The translations under genes and the position numbers were made by a program. A model generated the notes under the pieces. That model worked only from the letters and a program-made list of their open reading frames with translations, had not been told where the DNA came from and ran no database searches. Shown piece by piece: positions 1 to 8,833 of a DNA stretch of 53,192 nucleotides. Positions within the stretch are counted from its first letter, which is position 1; the number at the start of each line of letters is the position of its first letter. Source of the DNA: SAR324 cluster bacterium (GTDB lineage: Bacteria; SAR324; JACQKK01); assembly GCA_022573975.1 (NCBI GenBank), contig JACZSY010000001.1, positions 1 through 53,192 of the forward strand, given 5' to 3'.

Positions 1-441
1 ATGGGGGCGGCATTGGTTGAGCAGCTTGGCGACCACGGTGGCAACGCCGGGGAAATGATGCGGTCGCTGGACGGCGCAAAGCCCTTCGCCCAGCCCGGCG
101 ACCCGGACTTCACTGGCGAAACCATCGGGGTACATCTCGGCCGCGGTCGGGGCGTAGAGCAGATCAACGCCGAGGCGCGCGAGCTCCTCGCGGTCGCGCG
201 CCATGTCGCGGGGATAGCTCTCGAAGTCTTCGCCGGCGCCGAACTGGGTGGGATTGACGAAGATGCTGACGACCATGCGCCGGCAGCGGCGGCGCGCTTC
301 CTCGACCAGCGCCAGATGACCCGCATGAAGTCCACCCATGGTGGGGACCAGGGCGATGGTTGCACCGCTCGCGCGCCAGGTCTCCACCGCCTGGCGAAGA
401 TCGCTGATCGTGGAGACGCTGATTATTGTGTCGGCGGCCAT
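1..441 (-). CDS. panC: Pantoate--beta-alanine ligase (pantothenate synthetase), N-terminal part; gene runs off the window start
   Basis: Not in the ORF track because there is no stop inside the window. The reverse frame from ATG at 441 reads MAADTIISVSTISDLRQAVETWRASGATIALVPTMGGLHAGHLALVEEARRRC..MVVSIFVNPTQFGAGEDF..YPRD. PTMGxLHxGH and SIFVNPxQF are PanC signatures. The listed 1..477 + ORF is its antisense shadow. Confidence 0.85.
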   Translation of the reverse strand, partial: MAADTIISVSTISDLRQAVETWRASGATIALVPTMGGLHAGHLALVEEARRRCRRMVVSIFVNPTQFGAGEDFESYPRDMARDREELARLGVDLLYAPTAAEMYPDGFASEVRVAGLGEGLCAVQRPHHFPGVATVVAKLLNQCRPH

Positions 442-510
442 GGCGCTTTGTACCCATTTCAGACAGTGAAATGCTAGTCTGATCTATCCAAGAGGAGGAG
501 AAATTCGGTC

Positions 511-1819
511 ATGGGATGTTGTCACTACGCGGCTCCGACGGAAGACGGCGACACGGCGTTTTCGGTCGATGTTTCGGCAATCACCTATGGGCCGGGGGTG
601 CTCGCCGAGGTCGGCGACCACGCCCGCGCCCGAGGCATCACCCGCGCGGCGCTGTTCACGGACCGCGGCGTCGCGGCCCTCGAGCATGTCTCGATCGTCC
701 GGGATTCCTTGATCGCGGCGGGTGTCGACGTCGTCCTGTATGACGAGTCGCGGATCGAGCCGACCGATGAATCCTTCCTCGCCGCCGCGCGGTTCGCCGC
801 CGAGGGCGGGTTCGACGGCTATGTTTCCGTGGGCGGCGGGTCGGTCATCGACACCGCCAAGGCGGCCAATCTCTACGCCACCCACCCGGCCGACTTCCTG
901 ACTTACGTCAATGCCCCGATCGGCGGCGGCGTGGCCGTGCCGGGGCCGCTCAAGCCTCATATCGCCTGTCCCACCACCTGCGGCACGGGCAGCGAATGCA
1001 CCGGCATCGCGGTGTTCGACCTGTTGTCCATGGCCGCCAAGACCGGCATCGTCTCGCGCCATCTGCGCCCCAGCCAGGCGGTGGTCGATCCGACCGTGAC
1101 GGCCACCCTGCCCGCCACCGTGGTCGCGGCGAGCGGCTTCGACGTGCTCAGCCACGCCCTCGAATCCTACACCGCCCGGCCCTATACCCGCCGCCCCAGG
1201 GCGGCGCGCCCGAGTGAGCGCCCGCAGAGCCAGGGCGCCAACCCGTGGAGCGATATCGGCTGTCTCGAATCCCTGCGCCTGATCGGCGAAAACCTCGAAC
1301 GCGCGGTCGCCGACGCCGGCGACCATGAGGCCCGCGGCAATATGATGTTCGCCGCCACCCTGGCCGGCATCGCCTTCGGCAACTCCGGCTGCCATCTGCC
1401 CCACGGCATGTCCTATACGGTGTCGGGGCTGGTGCGCGAATTCCAGCCGGCGGGCTATCCCGATGGCGCGCCCATCGTGCCCCACGGCATGTCGGTCATC
1501 GTCAACGCCCCGTCGGTGTTCCGCTTCACCGCACCGGGCCTGCCCCGAGCGCCACCTGCGCGCCGTCGAATGCCTCGGCGGCGACACGGCGGGCGCGGGC
1601 TTGGATGACGCCGGCGAGCGGGTCGCGGCGCGCATCATCGAGCTGATGAAAGCGACCGGCATCCCCAACGGGGTGTCCGGCGTCGGCTACGGCGAGGCGG
1701 ATATCCCGGCGCTCACCGACGGCGCCTATCCCCAGCGGCGGCTCCTGGACAACGCCCCTCTCGAGGTCAGCCGCGAGGCGCTCGCCGACCTCTACCGAGG
1801 CGCGCTTCGCTACTGGTAG
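511..1819 (+). pseudogene. Iron-containing alcohol dehydrogenase / hydroxyacid-oxoacid transhydrogenase-like, with a +1 frameshift near 1536-1540
   Basis: Frame 1 (511..) gives [22 protein letters not shown] and SHALESY, which are Fe-ADH motifs. It degenerates after FRFTAPGLP into an Arg-rich tail. Frame 2 continues with [18 protein letters not shown]...IPNGVSGVGYGEADIPALTDGAYPQRRLLDNAP..RYW, the normal C-terminus. An extra G in the run ccgggcc explains the shift. Strong RBS AAGAGGAGGAG lies before the ATG. Confidence 0.8.
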
Positions 1820-1914
1820 CGATCGGGTGGCGGTGTCGCTCCGCAATTCAAGCAGCCGGGGCGGATCAAACCAATCGCCCAAATCCCTGAAGCAACCATC
1901 ATCGGTGCGTCACC

Positions 1915-2622
1915 ATGTCCGAATACAATACGCTGCATTTTGCTCATCCGGCCTATCAGTTCGAAGCCTGCTACCTTAAGCGCGGCTTAAGCGGCGCGAC
2001 ATTCCAGACCTGGAATCCGGAAGATACCGCGGCGCGGATCAGCCGGGCGAGTGTCTTTGTCGGCTCCGGGTTGTGGCGCAACGAGTTTCTCGACGCCGCG
2101 CCGGAGTTGAAATATGTCCATGTCGGCGCCGCCGGTTACGACAGCTTCGATGTTGAGGCGATACGCGCCCGCGGCATCCGTCTGTGCAATTCCAGCGGCG
2201 TAAATCGCAACGCCGTGGCGGACCACGGCATGGCCATGATCCTGTCGTTTACCCGTCAATTACACAGTGCGCGCGATCGTCAATTCAAGGCCGAATGGCG
2301 TGGCATGATCTCTGAAATTGCCAAGCGCGAGGACGAATTGACCGGCAAGACCCTGCTGATCTATGGCCTGGGGGCGATTGGCGGGCGGTTGGCGCGGTTG
2401 GCCCAGGCGTTCGACATGCGGGTCGTCGGGATCAAGCGGGACACCGCCAGAGCGCCCGATCATGTCGATGCCGTGCTTGGCCCGGAGGCTTTCCTGGAGG
2501 CGCTGGCGGAAGCCGACGTGGTGGCGCTGACCTGCCCGCTCACGGATCGGACGCGGGGCCTGATCGACGAGACCGCCCTGGCGGCCATGAAAGACACGGC
2601 CTATCTGATAAACCTATCCCGC
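1915..2622 (+). pseudogene. D-isomer-specific 2-hydroxyacid dehydrogenase, 3'-truncated (about 236 of about 320 aa)
   Basis: NAD-binding GLGAIGGRLARLAQAFDMRVVG. Homology stops at AYLINLSRG, before the catalytic His region. The rest of the 462-aa track ORF is the antisense of the transposase fragment. Confidence 0.75.
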
Positions 2623-3348
2623 GGAAGTGGCGACGATGACCCGGCTCCTGGTGTCGGCCAGGTTATGGACCTTGTAGCTGAGTTTGGCTTCCTTGCCCTT
2701 GCTCTTGCGGTAGAATTGGGCGTCGGGATCGCTGGTCGAGCGGTGGGTCTTGTTGGTAAAACGTTTGCCATGAAAGTCGGTATGGTGAGGGTCGTCATCG
2801 TCCTTTGGTTTGTCGGCAGGCACCTCACCCGCGCAAAGCCGGTCTGCCGCTTGGGTCAAATCGTCTTGGATTTCCCGCAGCGATTTGATGGATGCGCATG
2901 CCTGAACCTGGGTCGAATCGGCCATCAGATGCCGCCCGGAAAGCAACCCCACTTCACCACATTGAGCGACGATGCGATGAAACAATCCCTCCCACAAGTC
3001 ATGCTCCCGGCAGCGTTTGCGAAACTTAACCAGTGTGGTGCGCCCGGGAACGGAATCATGGAAATCCAGGCGGCAAAACCAGCGGTAGCCTGCATGCAAG
3101 CGGACTTCCTCGCACAAGCGCACTTCGGACAAGTCGTAGAGATAGCCCAGCAAAATCATCCTGACCGCCAATTTGGGCGCTATACCTTCGCGGCCTTGGC
3201 TCGGGTGATAGGCCGGAGACATAAAATCTTGCACAAAGGAAAGATCAAGCACCCGATCCAGCTTGCGCAAAAAATGTTCCTGGGGAACCAACTCCTCCAG
3301 TGACACCAATTGCACCAAACTGCCTTGATCGTTGGGTTTGCCTATCAT
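2614..3348 (-). mobile_element. IS5/IS1182-family transposase, N-terminal fragment only (DUF772-type domain); DDE catalytic part missing
   Basis: LVPQEHFLRKLDRVLDLSFVQDFMSPAYHPSQGREGIAPKLAVRMILLGYLYDLSEVRLCEEVRLHAGYRWFCRLDFHDSVPGRTTLVKFRKR is typical of the DUF772 N-domain of IS5/IS1182 transposases. The reading frame ends at ..KVHNLADTRSRVIVATSAG, where the DDE domain should start, abutting the truncated dehydrogenase. The IS end itself was not delimited and is probably within 3349-3460. Confidence 0.75.
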
Positions 3349-3553
3349 TACCGGCCTCCATGGCGGGTTCTTGATATTTGGTGATTCCCTTTTATATCAT
3401 ATATTTAGAGAAAATCACAGGCCTTTTAGGGAGACCCAATCTTGAACCCTATGGCCCCGCCCCGAGGTGGATCGATGCATGAGGATCGTGTTATGCGGGA
3501 GACATGAACCACGAGCCATTCATCGCAGCGAGGAAATCATCCGAGGAAGCATC

Positions 3554-4183
3554 ATGATCGTACTCTACGGCATCGCCCGCTCCCGTGCGCAGCGTTGCAT
3601 CTGGATGTTGGAGGAACTGGGCCAGCCCTACCGGCTGGAAACGGTGACCTATCGTGGCGGCGGGACCCGTACTCCGGAATACCTGGCTGTAAACCCCAAT
3701 GGAAAGATCCCCGCCCTGCGGGATGGAGATCTGGTGCTATGGGAATCGTTGGCCATCAACCTGTACCTGGCGGAAAAATACGGCGGGGGGCTGTGGCCGG
3801 CCACGGTGGAGGATCGGGGACGGGCCGGCCAGTGGAGCCACTGGGCCATGGGGGAACTGGAAGGCCACCTGCTCACCATGCTGGAAGCGGCGCCCGAGGG
3901 TGAAGCGGAGGAGGTTTCTGCGGCGGTGGTTTCGGCGGCGGTGGCCGATGCCGAGGCCGCCCTGAAAAAGCCGCTCTCGATCCTCAACGACGCCCTGAGC
4001 GGCCGCCCGCATCTGCTGGGAGCGGACTTCAGCGTCGCCGACCTCAACGTGGCCGTCATCGCGGCCTGGGGTCTTTGGGCCGGGATGGATTTCTCCGCGC
4101 TGCCCGCCCTGCATAAATGGCTGACGGCCTGCCTGGAACGCCCCGCCGCCAGGAAAATGATCGCCATGCGCAACGCGCAATAG
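3554..4183 (+). CDS. Glutathione S-transferase family protein
   Basis: Start chosen at MIVLYGI with RBS GAGGAAG upstream. N-terminal thioredoxin-like part: VNPNGKIPALRDGDLVLWESLAINLYLAEKY. C-terminal helical domain with FSVADLNV. Confidence 0.8.
   Translation: MIVLYGIARSRAQRCIWMLEELGQPYRLETVTYRGGGTRTPEYLAVNPNGKIPALRDGDLVLWESLAINLYLAEKYGGGLWPATVEDRGRAGQWSHWAMGELEGHLLTMLEAAPEGEAEEVSAAVVSAAVADAEAALKKPLSILNDALSGRPHLLGADFSVADLNVAVIAAWGLWAGMDFSALPALHKWLTACLERPAARKMIAMRNAQ
3914..3943. repeat. 2 x 15-bp in-frame tandem repeat inside the GST gene (VSAAV VSAAV)
   Basis: gtttctgcggcggtg / gtttcggcggcggtg, one mismatch. Confidence 0.9.
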
Positions 4184-4206
4184 CGCCGCGGCAGCCAAGT
4201 ACAGCC

Positions 4207-4233
4207 GATTCGGTGGATTCGGTGGATTCGGAA
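4207..4233. repeat. 3 x 9-bp tandem repeat (gattcggtg), intergenic
   Basis: gattcggtg gattcggtg gattcggaa, read directly downstream of the GST stop. Confidence 0.9.
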
Positions 4234-4345
4234 GGACGGGAAGCAACCGGAGACCCCAGCGGCGCCGGAAGCGCCGCGGATCTCCGTTTCGCTGGTGGTG
4301 GGGCCATCGGGCCGCGAGCGGCGGGGAATGGCCCCCCTGGAACAA

Positions 4346-4642
4346 TCAGGCTTGCGCCTTGGCCTTGAGGGGCAGCATGGTGCGCAGATGGTTGTTGAAT
4401 TCCGCGATCGAGGCCGTCACTTCCTCGTCGGTGAAATTTTCGGTCAGCACCAGGGCCTGCCGCGAGGAAGGCATTGTTTGGAAGGCGTACTGGATGATCG
4501 ACATTTTGCGGAAATCGGTGTCCGAGATGGCCTGATCGATCTCGTTGTACAGCGAGCTTTCTCCTTCGTGGCCGCGGATGGCCAGCGCGATGCCCATCAC
4601 TTCGTAATGCAGTTTTTGGGCTTCCCGTTCGCTCAGATTCAT
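4346..4642 (-). CDS. Hypothetical protein, 98 aa
   Basis: Internal ATG of the 188-aa track ORF. MNLSEREAQKLHYEVMGIALAIRGHEGESSLYNEIDQAISDTDFRKMSIIQYAFQTMPSSRQALVLTENFTDEEVTASIAEFNNHLRTMLPLKAKAQA has balanced, non-shadow-like composition. I recognise no family. Confidence 0.5.
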   Translation of the reverse strand: MNLSEREAQKLHYEVMGIALAIRGHEGESSLYNEIDQAISDTDFRKMSIIQYAFQTMPSSRQALVLTENFTDEEVTASIAEFNNHLRTMLPLKAKAQA

Positions 4643-4874
4643 GTCTTGTCCTGTTTGGGGGAAAAGTGGGTTGAAGGTGGCGGAATTTCTCACGCGCACC
4701 TGCCATATGCGGTAAAATGCAAGGGGGATGCAAAACCGGCCAATTTCGCCGCACCTCCTTTCGTGCAAGCGATGAAGGCCCGGTGAAACAGGGAAGGACG
4801 TTCCCGGGCAAAGCGCGGGCAAGGATCGGATTCCCGCGGAAAAGACTGAAATCACACCCGAATGAACCCTGTGA

Positions 4875-4903
4875 TTGACATTTTGAAAAAATTGATTTAT
4901 GCT
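4875..4903 (+). promoter_or_regulatory. Sigma-70-type promoter for clpB (TTGACA - 17 bp - TATGCT)
   Basis: TTGACA at 4875-4880, 17-bp spacer, TATGCT at 4898-4903, immediately followed by the CIRCE element. Confidence 0.65.
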
Positions 4904-4905
4904 TG

Positions 4906-4932
4906 TTAGCACTCATAAAATAAGAGTGCTAA
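4906..4932. promoter_or_regulatory. CIRCE operator (HrcA binding site), perfect consensus
   Basis: TTAGCACTC-ATAAAATAA-GAGTGCTAA equals the consensus TTAGCACTC-N9-GAGTGCTAA with no mismatch. It lies 159 bp upstream of the clpB ATG. Confidence 0.9.
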
Positions 4933-5090
4933 CAATTTGAGGTTTTGAGGGAGCGGATTAAATCCAGCCGGGGAAATGAAAACCCTGGCCGCGGGCAGGG
5001 AGCAATCGACCCTCCGGCTTCCTTGCCGCCGCGAGCGGCGGGGATTGGCCCCGCACAAAAAAACCCGGCACCGGATAAGGGGAGGAACCC

Positions 5091-7742
5091 ATGCAAGTCC
5101 AGAATTTCACGGAAAAAGCGCAGGCCGCGCTGCAAGGGGCGCATACCCTGGCCGTGCGGATGAAGCACGGGGAACTGAACACCATGCACCTGCTGCTGGC
5201 CCTGGCCGAACAGGAGGACGGCGTGGCGCCCCATGTGCTGGAGAAGATGGGCTACAACGTGAACGCCCTCATCAGCGGCGGGCGGGCCTTGCTGGACAAG
5301 GAGCCGCAGGTCAGCGGAGGCGGGCGGAAACTCTCCGCGAGCATGGGCTTCAACGAGGTGATGGTTCGCGCGGAAACGGAATCGAAGGATTTTGGCGATG
5401 AATACATCAGCACCGAACACCTGCTGCTGGCCTTGCTGGAGCCCAAACGCTCCGGGCCGGCCGAGGACTATCTGGCCGAATCGGGGCTGACCCGCGAGAC
5501 GGTGCTGGAAGCGGTTCGCGCCGTGCGGGGCAGCCGCCGCATCACCTCCCCCAACGCGGAGGACACCTTCGAGGCGCTGGCCAGGTTCGGGCGCGATCTG
5601 ACCGAAATGGCCGAGGCCGGCAAGCTGGACCCGGTGATCGGAAGGGATGAGGAAATCCGGCGGGTGGTGCAGGTGCTGAGCCGGCGCACCAAGAACAACC
5701 CGGTGCTGATCGGCGAGCCGGGCGTGGGCAAGACGGCCATCGTGGAAGGACTCGCCCAGCGGGTGGTGCGCGGGGACGTACCCGAAAGCGTGAAGGACAA
5801 ACGCATCGTCTCCCTGGACCTGGGCGCGCTGATCGCGGGGGCGAAATTCCGGGGGGAATTCGAAGAGCGCCTCAAGGCCGTGCTGAAGGAAGTGCAGGAT
5901 TCGGACGGATCGGTGATCCTCTTCATCGATGAGCTGCACAACGTGGTGGGCGCCGGCAAGGCCGAGGGGGCCATGGACGCGGGCAACCTGCTCAAGCCCA
6001 TGCTGGCCCGTGGCGAACTCCATTGCATCGGGGCCACCACCCTGGACGAATACCGCAAGCACATCGAAAAGGACGCCGCCCTGGAGCGCCGCTTTCAGCA
6101 GGTCTACGTGGCCCAGCCCGACGTGCCGGACACCATCTCCATCCTGCGCGGGTTGAAGGACCGCTACGAGGTGCACCACGGGGTGCGCATCCAGGACGCC
6201 GCGCTGGTGGCCGCCGCGGTGCTTTCGCACCGCTACATCGCGGACCGCTTTCTGCCGGACAAGGCCATCGACCTGATGGACGAGGCCGCGGCCAAGCTGC
6301 GCACGGAAATCGACTCCATGCCGGCCGAAATGGACGAATTGTCGCGGCGGGTGATGCAACTGGAGATCGAGAAACAATCCCTGCTGAAGGAAACCGATCA
6401 AGCTTCCAAGCAACGGCTGGAGACCCTGGAGAAGGAACTGGCCGACCAGCAGGAGCGGCTCACGGTCTTTTCGGCGCAATGGGAAAAGGAAAAGGAGGCC
6501 ATCGCGGGCAAGCGCGAGCTGAAACGGCAGATCGAGGAGACCAAGCACGCCATCGAGGTGGCCGAGCGGGAATACGACCTGAGCAAGGCGGCCGAACTGA
6601 AATACGGCACCCTGGCCGAACTGGAAAAACAAGCGGCCCAACTGGTGGCCGCGGAAGAAAAAGCCAGGGAAAACGCCGGAGAAAACGCCACAGACGGCGG
6701 GGCCGGCGGGTCCAGGCGGCCCCTGCTCACCGAAGAGGTCGGCGAGGCGGATATCGCCGATGTGGTGGCCCGCTGGACGGGAATCCCCGTGGCCAAGCTC
6801 AACGAGGGGGAGATGGAAAAGCTGTTGCGCCTGGAAGCGGCCCTCCACGAACGGGTGGTGGGACAGGACGAGGCCGTCAGCGCCGTGTCGGACGCGATCA
6901 TCCGCGCCCGGGCCGGCATCAGCGACCCCAACCGGCCCACGGGGAGCTTCATGTTCCTGGGGCCCACCGGAGTGGGCAAGACCGAACTGGCCCGCGCCCT
7001 GGCCGAACAACTGTTCGACGACGAGGCCAACCTGGTGCGCATCGACATGTCCGAATACATGGAAAAACACGCCGTGGCCCGGCTGGTTGGCGCGCCTCCA
7101 GGCTATGTCGGCTACGAGGAAGGCGGCCAGTTGACCGAGGCGGTGCGGCGGCGCCCGTTTTCGGTGGTGCTCTTCGACGAGATCGAAAAGGCGCATCCGG
7201 ACGTGTTCAACCTGCTGTTGCAAATCCTGGACGACGGCCGCCTCACCGACGCCCAGGGGCGCACGGTGGATTTCAAGAACACCGTGATCCTGCTCACCTC
7301 CAACCTGGGCAGCCACCACATCCTGGCATTCGAAGGCCAGGACGAGCGCCACGAGGAAATGAAGGCCCAGGTGCTGGAAGAGGTCAACCGCGCCTTCCGG
7401 CCGGAGTTTCTCAACCGGCTGGACGACCTGGTGGTTTTCCACAGCCTGCGCGCCAACCAGATGGGCGCCATCGTGGACATCCAGCTTCGCCAACTGACGG
7501 CCCGCCTGGCCGAGCGCCGGATCACCCTGGAACTCTCCGGGGGCGCCCGCGACCTGCTGGCCGAAAAAGGGTTCGATCCCCAGTTCGGCGCGCGCCCGCT
7601 GAAACGCGCCATCCAGCGCGAGCTGGCCAACCCCCTGGGCAAGGCCATCGTCAAGGGCGAGATCCGCGAGGGCGACGGCGTGCTGGTGGAGGCCGAGGGA
7701 GGCCGGCTGACCTTCAAGGATCTGATGGCCGCCGCCTCGTGA
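5091..7742 (+). CDS. clpB: ATP-dependent chaperone / disaggregase ClpB
   Basis: 883 aa. Clp N-domain, two AAA+ modules with Walker A GEPGVGKT and GPTGVGKT, and a long coiled-coil middle domain between them. RBS AGGGGAGG lies before the ATG. Confidence 0.97.
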   Translation: MQVQNFTEKAQAALQGAHTLAVRMKHGELNTMHLLLALAEQEDGVAPHVLEKMGYNVNALISGGRALLDKEPQVSGGGRKLSASMGFNEVMVRAETESKDFGDEYISTEHLLLALLEPKRSGPAEDYLAESGLTRETVLEAVRAVRGSRRITSPNAEDTFEALARFGRDLTEMAEAGKLDPVIGRDEEIRRVVQVLSRRTKNNPVLIGEPGVGKTAIVEGLAQRVVRGDVPESVKDKRIVSLDLGALIAGAKFRGEFEERLKAVLKEVQDSDGSVILFIDELHNVVGAGKAEGAMDAGNLLKPMLARGELHCIGATTLDEYRKHIEKDAALERRFQQVYVAQPDVPDTISILRGLKDRYEVHHGVRIQDAALVAAAVLSHRYIADRFLPDKAIDLMDEAAAKLRTEIDSMPAEMDELSRRVMQLEIEKQSLLKETDQASKQRLETLEKELADQQERLTVFSAQWEKEKEAIAGKRELKRQIEETKHAIEVAEREYDLSKAAELKYGTLAELEKQAAQLVAAEEKARENAGENATDGGAGGSRRPLLTEEVGEADIADVVARWTGIPVAKLNEGEMEKLLRLEAALHERVVGQDEAVSAVSDAIIRARAGISDPNRPTGSFMFLGPTGVGKTELARALAEQLFDDEANLVRIDMSEYMEKHAVARLVGAPPGYVGYEEGGQLTEAVRRRPFSVVLFDEIEKAHPDVFNLLLQILDDGRLTDAQGRTVDFKNTVILLTSNLGSHHILAFEGQDERHEEMKAQVLEEVNRAFRPEFLNRLDDLVVFHSLRANQMGAIVDIQLRQLTARLAERRITLELSGGARDLLAEKGFDPQFGARPLKRAIQRELANPLGKAIVKGEIREGDGVLVEAEGGRLTFKDLMAAAS

Positions 7743-7773
7743 GGTGCAAGGTGTGAAGGAACATCTGCCCAGG

Positions 7774-7795
7774 GCCGGGACGCAACCCGGCTTTT
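7774..7795 (+). terminator. Candidate intrinsic terminator after clpB
   Basis: GCCGGG-acgcaa-CCCGGC followed by TTTT. The stem is short and the U-run only 4 nt. Confidence 0.5.
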
Positions 7796-8066
7796 CCCAA
7801 GGAGGGAATGTTTGGCGGGTTCGGCCCCCGTCCCGATTGCCCGTGCGCCCCGAGCGGAAAAAGAGCATGCCCCGCCCGCCGGTTTTACCGATGGTTGCAT
7901 CCATCCGGTAAGCCTACCCATCCTCCCGGCGGGCGGGGACATTTGTCATGGCCTCTTTCTTCCCCGGCCAATGGCGTCTAGGATAAAATGAGTAGCGCGC
8001 CATGGAACCTCCCGTTGGAATCCTCGCCAATCGGGCCCATTGCTTCCATCTTGGCCAGGAGACTCC

Positions 8067-8822
8067 ATGCCACAATTCACCGACAAAATTGTTTGGATCA
8101 CCGGGGCGGGCAGCGGCATCGGCCGGGCCACCGCCCTCATGTTCGCCAGTGAGGGCGCGTCCCTGGCCCTGATGGGCCGCAGGCCGGAGCCGCTGGAGGC
8201 CGTGGCCGAAGCCGCGCGGGAACTGGGCGCCACGGCCGAGGTGGCGCCGTTGGACATCGCGGAGCGTCCGGCGGTGGAGGCCGCGGCCAAAAGCCTGCTG
8301 GAGCGCTGGGAACGGGTGGACATCCTCATCAACAACGCGGGACTGAACATCACCCAAAGACGGCTCGACGCCTTGGATCCCGGCGATTGGGACAAGGTGA
8401 TCGGGGTCAACCTGACCGGCGCCTACAACCTGCTGGCCGCCGTGCTGCCTCCCATGCGGCGGCAGGGCGGGGGGTTGATCGTCAATATTTCCTCCATGGC
8501 CGGCAAGCGGGTTTCCGGGCTTTCCGGAGCGGCCTACAGCGCCTCCAAGCATGGGATGAACGCGCTCAGCGAAACGGTCAACCAGGAGGAATGGCGCAAC
8601 GGCATCCGCGCCACCGCCTTGTGCCCGGGGGAGGTCAACACGGAAATCCTCGATCGCCGGCCCATTCCGGTGCCCCCCGAAGAGCGGGAGCGCATGATCG
8701 CCCCGGAGGACCTGGCCGAGGCGGTGCGCTTCGTCGCCGCGTTGCCTCCGCGCACAACCATTCCGGAAATGCTGTTGATGCCGACCCACAAACGCGAGCA
8801 CCAGCCTGGGGAAACCGGGTGA
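8067..8822 (+). CDS. Short-chain dehydrogenase/reductase (SDR) family oxidoreductase
   Basis: TGAGSGIGRA (TGxxxGIG), NNAG, and YSASK (Tyr-x3-Lys). Start at MPQFTDK with RBS AGGAG. Confidence 0.9.
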   Translation: MPQFTDKIVWITGAGSGIGRATALMFASEGASLALMGRRPEPLEAVAEAARELGATAEVAPLDIAERPAVEAAAKSLLERWERVDILINNAGLNITQRRLDALDPGDWDKVIGVNLTGAYNLLAAVLPPMRRQGGGLIVNISSMAGKRVSGLSGAAYSASKHGMNALSETVNQEEWRNGIRATALCPGEVNTEILDRRPIPVPPEERERMIAPEDLAEAVRFVAALPPRTTIPEMLLMPTHKREHQPGETG

Positions 8823-8833
8823 GGAAGGACAGT

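Noticed and set aside
1-477. 158-aa + strand ORF at the window start
   Set aside because: It is the antisense of panC, whose HIGH-type and SIFVNPTQF motifs read cleanly on the minus strand.
1915-3303. 462-aa ORF taken as one protein
   Set aside because: It is a chimera. Residues 1-236 are a genuine 2-hydroxyacid dehydrogenase N-terminus. The rest is the antisense reading of the transposase fragment.
4929-7904. 991-aa ORF antisense to clpB, plus the 577-aa off-frame ORF 6023..7756
   Set aside because: Composition is dominated by G/R/A/P/H/Q with no recognisable motif. The opposite or other frame encodes a textbook ClpB with both Walker A loops. These are typical high-GC shadow ORFs.
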